This document shows positions 40,039 to 53,642 of a stretch of DNA of 64,000 nucleotides, one piece after another. Position 1 is the stretch's first letter; each line of letters opens with the position of its first letter. The stretch lies in the NCBI RefSeq assembly GCF_009914755.1, contig NC_060925.1. One strand, 5' to 3'. The position numbers and the translations under genes were made by a program. Under the pieces are notes generated by a model, which saw only the letters and a program-made list of their open reading frames with translations, ran no database searches and was not told the origin of the DNA. Source of the stretch: the human T2T-CHM13v2.0 reference genome, Homo sapiens.

Positions 40039-41182
40039 GAGATGAAATGGGGTGGAGTTAGGGCAAGACTCTGGGCCTCTCCAACCAGAGGCTCTGTGCT
40101 GGTTGGAAGTTCAACTTCCTCTCCTAGACTCTTGGTCATACGGGCATAAGTAGACCATTCATTTGATTGGGAGCCCTTAAAAGGCAGGACTCTGGTGCTA
40201 AGCCTGCTGTGTCCTGCCCTGCATGGCACCCCATGTGGATGGATGCATTAATAAAGGTTCCTCACTCCCCCTTACAGAAGAGGGTGAGACTGCATGGCCC
40301 AATGGAGGAAGCACAAGAAAGAGAGATGGGGAAGGTGAGGACTGGCCCCAGCACTGCCCTCTTCAACCAGGTAGCCCTGGACATTGCTAACGACCTCTCA
40401 TTCTTCTTGATTCTTCATTTGCAAAGTGGGTGTCACATCATTTGGGATATTATATACAATGAACACAAAATCAAATAAAACATGTGAAAACACTTTGGAA
40501 AGCTTCAACTACTCCATGACATCTGGCATTACACTTTTTAGAAAAGGGAGTGGATTGAGAGACCCTGAGTCTTTTTCTAGACCACTTGGTGATGGGAGCT
40601 GAGCAAGGACTTGAACAGGTGGGTGGTACCCATGTAGAGTCCCCAAGAGGCTTTTGAGTTTGGAGCCAGTGCCACTTGCTTCTTGGAGGCTCAGAGATGA
40701 CTAAGCAAACACTTGCATGTAGCAGTTTAGAATCAGTGTACAGAGAGACTTTAGGACTCAAGGCTGTACTAGTTTCAGGCATAAAACTAGGACTAGATAT
40801 AAGATGTATGTTATAACCAATAAAATCACTCATCTCTCATTTTTTTCCTCTCCAGTGGAGCTCTTTGTGCTTTAACAGGACCTTAGAAAGGGTCCCTAAA
40901 ACTTGGGCTGTGGTTTGAAGACATTGCTCTTTTGGGGACAAGACAGAGGAAGTAAAAAGCAGAATTCTCTCTAAATTAGAATTGTATTCTGAGCGTGGGT
41001 TTGGGGGACTTACAGGAAGGTTTGGGGGGAGTATAAAAGCCTGCTTCCCTGGGGAGGTGTATATTTTGGGTCAGAAATACTCGTTTGCATCTTTCATGCT
41101 AACATTTTCAGGTAGCACCAAAAGCCATTCCTTCCAGATCTTAGATGACAGCAGCAGTAGTTTCAGGTATTTTGCAAATGGA

Positions 41183-41573
41183 GTGTATTTGTTCCTTAGG
41201 GCAGCCTTAACAAATTACCACCAGGTGGGTGGCTTAAAACAATAGGAATTTATTCTCTCAAAGTTCTGAAGGCTAGAAGTCTGAAGACAGATGGGCCATG
41301 TTCCCTCCAAATGCTCTAAGGGAGAATCCTTCCTCACCTCTTCCCAGCTAATGGTGGCTCCTGGTAGCCCTTGATGTTCCTCGGCTGATAGCTGTGTCCC
41401 TCCAATTGCAGCCTCTGTCTTCACATGGCCTTCACTGTGTGGCTTTTTTTCTATCTCATAAAGATGACCCCATCTTTTCTAATTACACCTGCAAAGACCC
41501 TATTTCTAAATAAGGTCACATTCTGAGGTTCCAGGTAGATATGAATTTTGGAGGTCACTATTCAACACACAAC
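41183..41573 (-). mobile_element. MLT1 (MaLR) solo LTR
   Basis: tgtatttgttccttagggcagccttaacaaattaccac...gcaaagaccctatttctaaataaggtcacattctgagg...ctattcaacacacaaca. Confidence 0.85.
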
Positions 41574-42199
41574 ATGGAGAAATCAAGAGAGAAAGGTCCG
41601 TTCAAAGTGGCCCTAATACAAATAGGAGTATGAGCACAGAACTGGGTGAGGGAGCTGTCCCTATTCAAAATTGGACCTGTAGTCAGAGTTTCTAGGAGGT
41701 TTGGGGCATGTGCCCACTCATTAGAAAACTGCGCAGCTTTTCCCAGTGCCCAAATGCTCTCTGAGAGGGGTTAACCCAAATCTGTCCTCCGAGTCCCTGG
41801 GTATGACTTGCTAGGATTCATGATCTCTTTAAATATTGCCCCTGAACATTGAGTTTTCATTTGGGTGAATTTGCTACTGCTCAGAACGGACTTGAAAACT
41901 GTCAGCCCAGCACCTGTTCCTCAGTCTGCACAACTGACACTGGTTTCACACTGATCAACCTGTATCAGCAGTGGCCCCCTCGGTCATGTCCATGCAACTC
42001 CTTTTGTTAGAGTGAGAGACCACAAGCAGCAAACACAGTCCTGCAAGTCACATAAGGGCCGCATCACCAATGGAATAGATGGGCTAAATGGCTTCATGCC
42101 ACACTGTCTATTTTGGGGAGCTGCAGTTGGATGAATCCCGCACAGTTGGGATCCTGGCCAGCCCTGAGCCTTGACCTCCCCTCCCCCTGCTGTCTGTCT

Positions 42200-42615
42200 C
42201 ACTCTCTGGCTTCCCCTGTGCAGGCCTTTCCATGCCTCACACCTGCCAAGCTTATTTCCTGCTTCTGGCATCTGCAGCATAATTTCCGTTTCTGGAAATT
42301 TCTTCCCAGACCTTTCCATGTCTGGCTCCTGGACATTCAGTCCTCTCAGCTTGAAAGATACCTCGTCAGAGAGGCTTCCCTGATCACTTCCCTCTCTACT
42401 CCCGATTCTGTTTCTTCCTATCAGCTGTTTTATTTTCTTCACACAGTCTGCCATTTTCTGATGCTTTTCTTATCTATTTGTGAATTATCTCTTCTGCCCT
42501 TACCCTTGATTATAACTTCTGTGATGACAGGGACCTTCTGTTCTTTCTCACTCCTGTCCTAGAGAACCAAAAATGGTGCCAGGTACATCGTGGGTATCTA
42601 GTCAGTATTTTTTTT
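42200..42615 (+). mobile_element. L2 3' fragment
   Basis: cctcgtcagagaggcttccctgatcac, gacagggaccttctg, gtgccaggtacatcgtgggtat. Confidence 0.65.
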
Positions 42616-43068
42616 TTTGGCCTCTTCAGTAACCCAACATTTTCTTTTTACCCGTTCAAGTCACAGAGGGGCAGCACAGCGTGCTGGATGGAGCACTAAC
42701 CAGTCAAAGACTCAGAGACCTGGGTCCAGTGTGGGTTGTCCCTCATTCATCATGCAAGGTAAAGTACATCATTCAAACACTGTGACTGGGTCTTGGTCTC
42801 CTGAACTGTATGCTAGGGGGAGATTCCGATCCAGTTCACAAGAGTTCTTATGCAGATCAAGTTATGTCAATAAGATAGTGCAGTACACATGCAAGGTAGT
42901 GAGGTCTCAACCATTTAAGAGCCTTCAGAAATAAGAGGAGCAAATGCAGGGAAGAGAAAGTCCCAGAGAAAACCAGCCTTTCCTAATGCTAAGCTCTCTG
43001 ATGGGGCAGCCCTGGGGACTCATTAGCTAATGCACATTGACATTTCAATCGTTTCTTCATCTTCCAGG

Positions 43069-43072
<4 letters not shown>

Positions 43073-43106
<34 letters not shown>
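43073..43106. repeat. Poly(T)34 homopolymer
   Basis: 34 consecutive T with no adjacent Alu or L1 body. Confidence 0.95.
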
Positions 43107-43108
<2 letters not shown>

Positions 43109-43999
43109 CATAGTACAGCATGGTTATTTTTAGCAAAATAATGATTTCAGACAAGTGAGATAACTTTTAATCTCCTAACTATAAATTCTGTGGACCCAAA
43201 GACAGAAGCATGAGATGCTTTATAGAGTGTTTCTATAGTTTCCCACCTCTTGAGGTGGGTCCACCCTGCTTCCCTGCTGGTGTTGAGGCTGGATGGAATC
43301 CAGGCAGTCTAGACTTAGGGCAGGCCCCAGCAGGACTGACCTTGCTGTAGTCCTTGGTGAGGCTCCGCGCAGTGAGCTTCCATGGATAGTTGCTTCATGG
43401 TCCTGTGGTTGGGGGAACAGGGAGGGGCAATAGGCTAGAGGGTTGGGGCAGCACCTTTTGGGCTGAACTTGCCTAAGCCTAGTGGTGGGTAGGGATAGGG
43501 TTCAGTGTTCATAGAAACAGCTTCACTTCTAGCGTGTTCTCTGTTTGTAGCTGCCCTCCTTTCTGGACTTCTCGGTGGCTTCCTCTGGCTCTGTCTCTCC
43601 TGAAGCCTCCATCCAGGCTAGTACTCCACTAAGTTCTGATGTTTGACCATGTATATTGCATTATCTTACTGATATAACTTGATCCTTCTCTCTCCCTCTG
43701 GTGCTGCATCTCCTGCAAGACCTCCAATTTTCTACCCCAGAGCCTCACCCTTGCCCCACTTTTTCAGGCAGGGCCGGGCCCCAGGCAGCGTAGAGGCAAT
43801 CTGGCTTTCAAGGACCTCAGTTATGCCTCTTGGGGAAGAACAATAGCTCTTGCTTTGTTTCCACTGCTTTGCTGCCAACTTTTCTTACATTTTCTGTGAT
43901 CACTTAAACCTCCATCTCAAAAGTCTGGTGAGAAAAAAAGCAGGGGAGATGCCTGATGAGGGAGGGTGAAATACAAAAATAGGGGTGGCTCCGAATATA

Positions 44000-45312
44000 A
44001 ATCTGCAGATTTGACAACTTCGATGAAATGGGCCAATTCCTTGAAATCACAAACTGCCAAAGCTCATGTCATAGGAAATAGATAACTGGAATAGTCCTAA
44101 ATCTATTAAATAAATTGAATTTGTAGTTTAAACCTTCCTAAAGAGAAAACTCAAGTTTTAGAAAAATATGTAAGTGAAAACCTCTGTGATCTTAGAAGTT
44201 CTTAGATTCAAAAGAGTTCATAGGTTGAATACCCAAGTATGATCCATAAAAGAAAAACTGATAAATGGGATAAACTAGTTGAAATGAAAAATTTTTGCTC
44301 TGAGAAGCATACTGTCAAAAGTGAAATGACAAGCCACAGCATAGAAGACAATATTTGCAAATTACATATTTGACAAGGGACTTGTATCCAAAATTTATAA
44401 AGAACTCTCAAAGATCATCAGTAACAAAAAAACCAGCTAATTTTGTTTTAAAAGAGAAAATGATTTGGACACACATTTCATCAAAAAAGATGTACAGATG
44501 ACAGCTAAGCCCATGAAAAGTGCTCAGCATCGTTAGTCACTGGAGGAATGCAAATTACAGCTGTAATGATACCTCGACACACCTACTGAAATGACTAAAA
44601 AACCAAAACTAGGCAAAAAACCCCCCAAAACTAAACTGACAGGACTTAGTTCTGGCTAGGGTGTGGAGTCATGGGAACACTCATGTTGCTTGTGGGAATG
44701 CAAAATAGTGCAGCCACTTTGGAAAACAGTTTTGTCAGTTTCTTATAAATTAAATCTACACTTACCACATGGACCAGCAATCCCCCTCCTATTTCTCCAA
44801 GGAAATTGAAAACTTATGTTTAGATAAAAGGCCTTGTGTAGATGTTTATAGCAGCTTTATTCATAATTGTCAAAATCTGGAAACAACCCAAATATCCTTT
44901 AACAGGTAGATAAATAAACCGTAGTTCGTTTGTACAATGGAATACTACTTGGCAGTAAAAAGGAACAAACCATTGATATAGGCAACAGTGTGGCTTAAAC
45001 TTAAACACATCGTGTATTTACATATGCTTACAAAAGAAAGCAGGCTCAGAAGCCTACATACTGCGTGATTCCATTTATGTGACTTTCTGGAGAAGGCAAA
45101 ACTAGAGGGATGGAGAACAGATTAGTGGTTGCTGGGCAGGGGACGGGGTGAGACATGGCGGGGGGGTGTTGCAGGAGGGAATTTTGGGGTGATAGAACTG
45201 TTCTGTGTCTTGATTTTGGAGGTGATCACATGACTGCATTTGTCAAAATTCACAGAACTTTTCACCAAAAAGAGTGAGTTTTACTGCATTAAATGTAAAA
45301 ATGATTTTTAAA
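44000..45312 (+). mobile_element. Old L1M fragment (ORF2 3' part plus 3'UTR)
   Basis: A-rich, with typical L1M motifs (cagccactttggaaaacagt, atagcagctttattcataattgtcaaaatctggaaacaacccaaat, aggcaaaactagaggg). Confidence 0.85.
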
Positions 45313-47465
45313 ACGGGTGAGATATGAAATGATCTTATCGTTGGTTTAGCAGTTAAAGTTCACCTAAAGTTCAGCAGTTAAACCTGTACTGTCAGTTGCT
45401 GGGCTGAAGGGTGCAATGGAGCATTGTAGGACACACACGGAGGCTGGTCTGTGCATTCAGCTGAATTAAACTGTCTGGCCGTTCATCTGCCCATCCTTAC
45501 ATCATTGTGTTCATCACACTCGCAGTCAGTCCATTGCTGATGCTAAGGCTTAGCTCTAGATAGAAGTCTGCCACATGCAAAGGATGATACTACACAGTGG
45601 GGCCCGTGGCTTCTATCCTCAGACAGGTCAGGAGGCTGAAACTGGGAATCTATTTATGAATTAGTGCTAAGTGGGGGGTAGCCTAACCCCTACCTCCTCG
45701 GGGAAGCTTTGCTTTGTTTCCATGGGGACAGCTGTTCATTCTTCTGAATGTCTTCCGACTCCTTATTTACTTTTCTCTGTATGTACTTGGAGGCAGAATA
45801 ACGTAATGGTAACACTCAGGTTTTAGTGTTAGGCAGGCCTTGGTTTGGTTCCTGGCACCAAAGAGTAATCGTGGGCAAGTAACTTAACTACTTTGGGCCT
45901 CAGTTTCTTCTTCTCTGAAATGGGACCAGTAATAGTGAGGTAGGTACTATTATTGGTTCCATTTAATCCTTTGGGTGGTCAGAGGATTAAATGATAAAAA
46001 GCATGTGCAGCATATAGCCCGGCAGCTGACATGGTGAGCAGACAATACATGAGAGCTGTTATTACAATCGTCTTGATAGCCCTCATCACACTGTAGCACA
46101 GTGGCCTGTCTACATGGGGGTCTTCCCCTCTAGACTAGGAAGTTGGTGAGGACAGGCACCGATCTTGTTGATTTTTGTGTCTCCAGTGGTTAGCCCATTG
46201 CCTGTGTCTAAAGGATGCTGGCTGAATGTTAGGTGAATGGATGGATACATTAGCGAGTAGCCACTGGGTGTAGGGACGCTGAAAGCCTTTGTCCTCATGG
46301 GTGCACTGCCATCACATCATCAGAAAGCACCCATGAAGGACCTCTTATCTCATGGAGCTCAAAGGCATAAGCCACACTTCAGGCCTCTTTCCTCTGCGCC
46401 ATCCTCTAGGTGAGGCGCTGAGGTGGGCCAAGGTAGGGGTCGCTGGCTCTCAGCCTGGCTGAACAGCCCCAGATCCCCTTTGGCTCCTCTCTGCTGCTTC
46501 AAGCTCCAGCTACTTTTGCTCTATTCAGTCTAGACCCACCTCCCTGCACTCAGACAGAGACACAGGCCCTAGAGCAGGACTGGGGTTGGGGATTGTCCAC
46601 AATGTGGGGGCTTGGCTCCCTTTCCTCCATGGGTGCCCAGTCTCTTTGTGGGGGGCCTATATGTGGGGCACTAACAGTTGTGGAGTTCTGCAGCTGTCCA
46701 GATACTTGCTTTCAGTGACTGTATCAAAATATAGTAAACCGTCTTTATAACTGTATAGATAATAGGTGCCAGGAAAACCGATGTCAGCCTTACAGGAGCT
46801 AGGAATGGTGAGCTCAGAGCTCTGGCCTTGGTCCCGCTTGGTCTACATTTATATCAGGGTAAATGTGGATGTGGGTATTGACGATACTGTGTTTATTAGG
46901 ATTTATATAATAGTTGGGAGATAGGTCATGTCTCAAAAGATTGGACCAGTAGACCATATTGAATAGGGAGGAATTAACCAGGATAAATATTAGTTCCTGC
47001 TCTTAGGCCTCCAAATCCAACAATGCTTGTGCAGAATGAGGTGGACTGAGTTTAACTGAAGCACATGAAAAGACCTAGGGCTTTTAATTAATTCGAATTC
47101 AGTATAAAGCCAGGAATGTGATATGGCCACAAAAAAGCTAATGCAATCAGATTGGATTAAAAGAAGCATAGACTATAGAACAGAGGAGGTGAGTGACATC
47201 TCTACTGTCTGTGCCAGCCACCCTCACCTTGAATCAAGTGTTTAGTACCGACAGTACTTTACACACTTTAGAATGGACATTTACAACCTGAAACATCCGT
47301 GGTGGACAATCAGGATGATGAGGCAGCTTAGCGCCAGTTTATGTAAACAATGGTTGGAGAGATTTAGCTTGAAGAGGAAAGATTTGCTGGGGTCCCTGGA
47401 GCTGACAGTACTTAAAGGGGTTCTTTGTGGAGGAGGGATTTGACCCATGCTATGTGCCTCTAATG

Positions 47466-47665
47466 CAGTGCTGTCTGATAGCACTTTCTGTGGTGATGGG
47501 GATGTTTTATATCTGTGCTGTGTAATAGCTACTAGATAGATAAGGTTGTTGAACAACTTAAATATATCTATGAACTGAATTTTTAATTTAATTTTAATTA
47601 ATTAAAAGTTTAAGCTTTAATAGCTGCATGTGGCTAGAGGCTACTGTAGTGGAGAGGATAGCTCT
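47466..47665. mobile_element. MER3-like hAT DNA transposon
   Basis: cagtgctgtctgatagcactttctgtggtgatgg...gcatgtggctagaggctactgta. Confidence 0.7.
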
Positions 47666-47687
47666 AGAGGGCAAATGAAAGAATCGG

Positions 47688-48255
<568 letters not shown>

Positions 48256-48700
48256 CTTAGGCTGTGGGTGGAAGCTTCAGGGAGTCATATATTATAGTTT
48301 AATAAGGAAAGCAATGATTAATTAGAGGTAGCCAGAAGTGGAATGAGCATCTTCAGTAAGTGGTGAGTTTCTTGTTACTGAAGCGTTTAAGTACAGGCTG
48401 GATAATTATCTGGCAAGGGATGATATAGAAATGTGTTGGTTTAATACAAGTTATACTGGAATTTTCTTCAAATTCTGTAGGAGGATTGAAATCAGGATGA
48501 CATATGACTGCTTTAAAATTCTACTTGCTTTGTAGAGGGAAGTTGTTTTCTCTCACTTAATGCTTACTGTCAGCCCCATGTTGCTGGATTGGGGACATCT
48601 GGGGGCGGGAAGCTGGCTTCCTTGCTTCAGCAATTCTACCAAATGTTCAGGGACCCCTGGGATGTGCCTTCCTGGGGAGTTGGTTATGTCTGTTTATTTT

Positions 48701-48887
48701 ATTTTCCTTTTTTTCTCCTGCCTCAGCCTCCTAGATAGCTGAGATTACAGGTGCATGCCACTATACCCAGCTAATTTTTGTATTTTTAGTAGAGACGGGA
48801 TTTCACCATGTTGGCCAGGCTGGTCTAGAATTCCTGACTTCAGGTGATCCAACCGCCTCGGCCTCTGAAAGTGCTGGGATTACAGGC
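48701..48887 (-). mobile_element. 3'-truncated Alu with TSD
   Basis: The Alu body ends at GAGGCAGGAG, then an A-rich tail. 19-bp TSD ggt(t/c)atgtctgtttatttt. Confidence 0.88.
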
Positions 48888-49756
48888 GGTCATGTCTGTT
48901 TATTTTCAAAAGGAGAGACTTTACTGGGAGCACCCAAGGCTTCCACACCCTAAGAAAGGACACTCCCCTGGCCAAATCCCACCTTGTTCTATTATTTATT
49001 CCTTCTGTAGCAGACAAGGTAGCTGTGGTGAGGATGTGGGCTTGTGAACCTTCACCTGTCAGTTAGGTCCTTCTGTGGAGGGCCGTGCCTCATTCTGTGA
49101 CTGGAAAAGGTCCTCTCCAGCATTCTTTCCTCCAGGGATATCGGGAAAGTGTTGTTCTCTGGGGAGTTCTGAGTCTTCATCCAAAATGAACTGTAGGACT
49201 GAAGTCCAAAGGACTGTGCTTTGAAGTGCTGACTGCCCAGGAGCTGACCGTCCAGGCTTGTGGACATCTAGACATTTGGTTATTTCTATTACTGTCAACT
49301 CTACTGCCTTGTTTTTCTCTTTTCCTTCTCACCTGACTTCTGTCTGTTTCACTTCCAATCACCTTTTCTGCCCAAATACACACAAATAAAAAATAAATAG
49401 CTCTTCCTGGAAGGAAAGGGGCTAAAAGTAGTGGTTTGAAGTTTTAATTTTTTTGTGCTTTTATCTAAATCCAAACCTGCCCTCAGCACAGTAGACTTTC
49501 TTTACATCTTTGTAGAGCACAGATACTTAAAAAAACTTACTGGGGACAATTTTAAGCGTACACAGTAGACAGAAGAATATAATCAACCCCATGTGCTTAT
49601 TGCCAGCTTCGACAGTGACCAGCTGCTGGCCAATCTCATGCCATCTACAGCCTCTTCCTTTCTGTTGTGTTATTTGGAAGCAAATCCACAGAAGCTTTGG
49701 ACATGGTGTGTTGACTCGTGTGCACTAACACCTCAAATCTCTGTATTCTGTTTCAG

Positions 49757-49825
49757 ATAATTGCCTTTGATGAGTTAAGGACAGATTTTAAGAGCCCCAT
49801 AGACCAGTGCAATCCTGTTCATGCG
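49757..49825 (+). CDS. CNIH3: CNIH3 internal coding exon (69 nt, exon 2 of the canonical transcript), [23 protein letters not shown]
   Basis: Translation matches the cornichon signature of CNIH3 ([23 protein letters not shown]). Acceptor ctgtattctgtttcAG, branch point cACTAAC at 49723-49729, donor GCG/GTAAGT, phase 0-0. Confidence 0.97.
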
Positions 49826-52800
49826 GTAAGTGGCGGGTACTGGTGAGGGGAAGGTGCTATCACCCCAGGCTACCCAGGGCCTGGGAAGGAGGGTGAGAAT
49901 GTGAATGATTTGAATGCGTAAAGAACATGCTCGCCCTCACTGTGCCTCTCTACCTGGCTCAAGGTTGTGGAGGAGCCTTCTCATTCTTGAAGTGTGCTGA
50001 GGTCTTGAGATATGTTGCAAATCAGATGTGACTGTCCCAGTAACCCAGGGGAATAGTCTACTGTGCTGTGGCCCTTGAGTCCTCAAAGCCTGGTGCTCTT
50101 GTGTTTTGGTTACTCATCCTTAAACAAGAAAAGAGGCTCCATGTTGGCCAGCATGTTTGCAGGCACGTGAGCACCATGAGTGGATGTCCGTGCTGCACTC
50201 TCCACCTGGGCACCAAGTGGAGACGTGGAGGGTGGGTTAATGCACAAAGTCCCTGGCGCCATCCATCACCCAGAAAGCATTCATCTCAGGTGGTTCTGTG
50301 GGCCTGAGATCAGCTCACCTCTGCCTGGAGGATTTGGTGCAGTCTGATTGTCCTGGTCTGGGTTCGGGAAGTGAAAGGTCACCTGCCCCAGCATGCGTGG
50401 TGCCTGGCATCTTCCTGCTTGTCTGGCTTGGCAGGCCCTACATGCTGCCCTTCCCCTGTGCCCTGGCTGTGCCTCTGACTGGGAGCTTCTGAATGGATGC
50501 TGGGTGGGGACAGGTGTTTTGGCTGTTTGTTTCCCTGGTCAGTGTAGTCCATGTCCCGGAGCCAGAGACCAACCCTGTATGTGGACAGAGCCTTTTCCAA
50601 ACTTACTCCCTACCTGCACTTCTGAGTTCAAAGGGTGGTGCACACACAGTTCATTCAAGTGTGTTTCTCAATCCAAATTCACTGGTTCTGTGTTTAGTTG
50701 AAGTTCCTTCCAGGCCATGGTTTCCAGCGCTAAGGCAACTTTTTGCCTCTTTGAGTAGCTTTGTTGACCTTTTCAGCCAGAAGTCGTAGAGAGAACAACA
50801 GGCTCTGCTAGCGTGATACCGTCTTAGCTTGGAATGTTTGTGGCGTCATTCAGCAGGGACAAAGAGGTCTCTTCTCCTTAGCTGCAGGCCTTATGAAGAA
50901 GGATATGCTTTTAGGGAGGTACCAAAAGACCATATGGAAGAACCGGGATTCAGTGTCCCTTTCTATAGAGTTATTACTGGAGTTGTCATTTTTTTGAGTT
51001 TTTATTATGTGCTAGGAACTTTATATACATAATCTGTAATCCTCACAATAATGCTATGAGACAGGCATCATTAACCCAATTTATAAACCACAAAATGGAC
51101 TCGTTTGTACAGGGATTTATAGCTCATGAGTGCTGCAGCTAGGACTTGAACCCAGGCTTGCCTGTCTCCAAAGTCTCTCATCCTGCCATCTACCCTGTGT
51201 TGCCTCTTTAAGAGACCTGACTTTATAATATCTGAGGCCCACTTTGGCATCATATTTTTTGATTCCATGAAATAGAGACGAACTCTTTCAAAGCAAATTT
51301 TAATGCAAGTTTAAAGAACCTGCAAGATCCACTTGAAAACTTGCTGTATTTCATGAACTTATAACTATTAAAATCCATTTTGTTTCCATCTACCAGCCTC
51401 ACCATGCACCTGGGATAATTTGGATCTGTCAGTCCTGAAAGATTTCACTCTGGGTCTCATGTCTTTCTGGATGTTTTTGTGTTTGGCACCAACATTACAC
51501 GCCTGGCCTGTCAATATCTACCAGGTGCAGTGAGCGGCTCTAGTCTGAGAGACACCTTCATTTAGGAATGCCAGGCAAGACAAGAACCTACTTTCCTTCC
51601 TTCTAATTGTTTGGGCTCAAATTAATAGGCAGCTCACTTAGAACACCCAGAGCTTTCTTGTCTGATTCCAGGGCAAATGCTAGGGAAGGAATTTGTCCTA
51701 CTGCTCAATTCTATCATGCAAATTCCATGCTGGGTTGCAGGTGATTGGTGAAACCACGAAATATTTTTGTGGAACCCTTTCCATCTCACCATGGCAAAGA
51801 ATAAGGAAATTTAGACAGAATGAAGAAAATCAGGACTAGTATATGCTCTCCGGGAGCTTCTGTGAAAGGCCAGTGCAGGAATAGAATTTGCACATAGTAG
51901 GTGCTCCATGGCTATTTGTCGATTAAACAATGGGTGAATATTGAAGTGGTGGCATAGAAGTTAAATCTCAATTCACTTTTTTTAACTCCTGTTATTAAAG
52001 GCATACTTCTAATTAGTAAACTGATTAATTAAGGAGCCTGGGCCCTATGAAGCTCATGGACAGAATAAAGACTCTAGGTGCCCCATGGGGAAAAGACTCT
52101 TGTCTCAGATTAAAAACAAAAACAAAAACAAATAAAAACCCTAAATGGAAGACTGCTAGACACATTTTCCCAGTTCTTATGCTGTTACTCCCTGGCAGGA
52201 AGTTAAATGCTTCAGATGCCTCATTTAACTCTTCTGCGAGGTCTTAGACCTCTATAGAGCCCCCAAGGCAGCATTTCAGACTCAGGTGGCTTAAAAAAGC
52301 TACTTCACTGATTGGTGACTCCAGTCCTGGAAGTACTTGTGTGTCACAAATAATTGCTGATCCATATGATGCGTCTCTCAATGAGGGCATGAGGCCCATT
52401 TGGATTTAAGATGCCCTGAAGCTCTCAATATCGTTGGACCCTCTGGGATGGAAAGGAGGAGGAATGCTCGGTTTTACTCCTCGTTTCTCATGTTTTCCCT
52501 TCCTTTTACCAGCTGGGCATTCAGTATTACTTTAAAGTAATGGTAGATGTTGTCCTTCAGGGGCTCTGGCTTGCTGGAGAAGGAGCTAGTGCGTGTCTTG
52601 TAGCATTCCCTTTCGTGCGTGTGTGCACATAAGTATGTGTGTTTGCGTGTGCACATGTGAGGAGGATGCAGTGTGTCTTTCCAGCCATGTGGACACTAAT
52701 TTGTCCTGATGTGGGCTTCTTCCTCTGGGCTTACAGGATGCGCAGGAATCACTATATTTATGATTTAATTAGGCAAATGAAGTGTCCCAGCCACCTGTCC

Positions 52801-53594
52801 TTTCCAGAGCCATGAGGAATCTCATTACCATTCCATCTACAGCAACCAAATTGCCTCAGTAATGAAGCACCGGGAGATGCCACAGCTGTGTTCAGTGTGG
52901 CTTTGGAAATCGTTAAAGTCACTGAAGGAAAAGGGAGGCAACGGCATTTAGTGCACGATGCGGGCATCATCACCTGCCCAGCCACGGGCCATCATCTCAT
53001 CTTCCCTTGGCAGTGAGCCAGGCCTTGACAGACTCGAACTTCTTAAAAAGCCTTAGCCTGGGGGCATCATTGTTGTCTAATTTAGTAGGGAGATTACTTC
53101 CTCCAAGTAGACTCACTTTAGAAAAATAAAACCAGCAGGCAGAGAACTTGTCTACCTTAGATACTAATGAGGGCACATACGCTCTTCGAGAACTAAGTGG
53201 GAAGGCCTCCTGGGAGGGCCGGCTGCAGGCTTTAGGATGCTCCATGAACACGAGGTACCATTCAGCAGTTTGACCACCTTATACGTACATGGAGGCTGAG
53301 AGAGACTTTGTAGATAAAGGAACAGAAATCCGTGCTGGACTGAGAGGGCAGTTGAGCCCATGCTGTTTGCTGGGAGAGTTCTGCTAAGAGCAAATGACCA
53401 TGACAAGGTACAGGGAAGAAAGTCAGAAACTCTGTTAGAAAAAGCCACTGGGTGGGAGCATGCTGGCCATGTGCCCAGGAGGGGTCTCTGGTGGCTTCTG
53501 CCTCCACTATTGGGGCTGATTGCGGGGCCTTCTCATGCTATTTTAGCAGAACCCCTAACCTCCCCTCTCATTTCTTTCTTGTGCATCCTGATAG

Positions 53595-53642
53595 AGGGAA
53601 CGGTTGAGGAACATCGAGCGCATCTGCTTCCTTCTGCGAAAG
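53595..53642 (+). CDS. CNIH3: CNIH3 internal coding exon (48 nt, exon 3), RERLRNIERICFLLRK
   Basis: Continues the CNIH3 protein in frame after exon 2. Pyrimidine tract plus gatAG acceptor, branch point ccCTAAC at 53553-53559, donor AAG/GTCAGT, phase 0-0. Confidence 0.96.
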
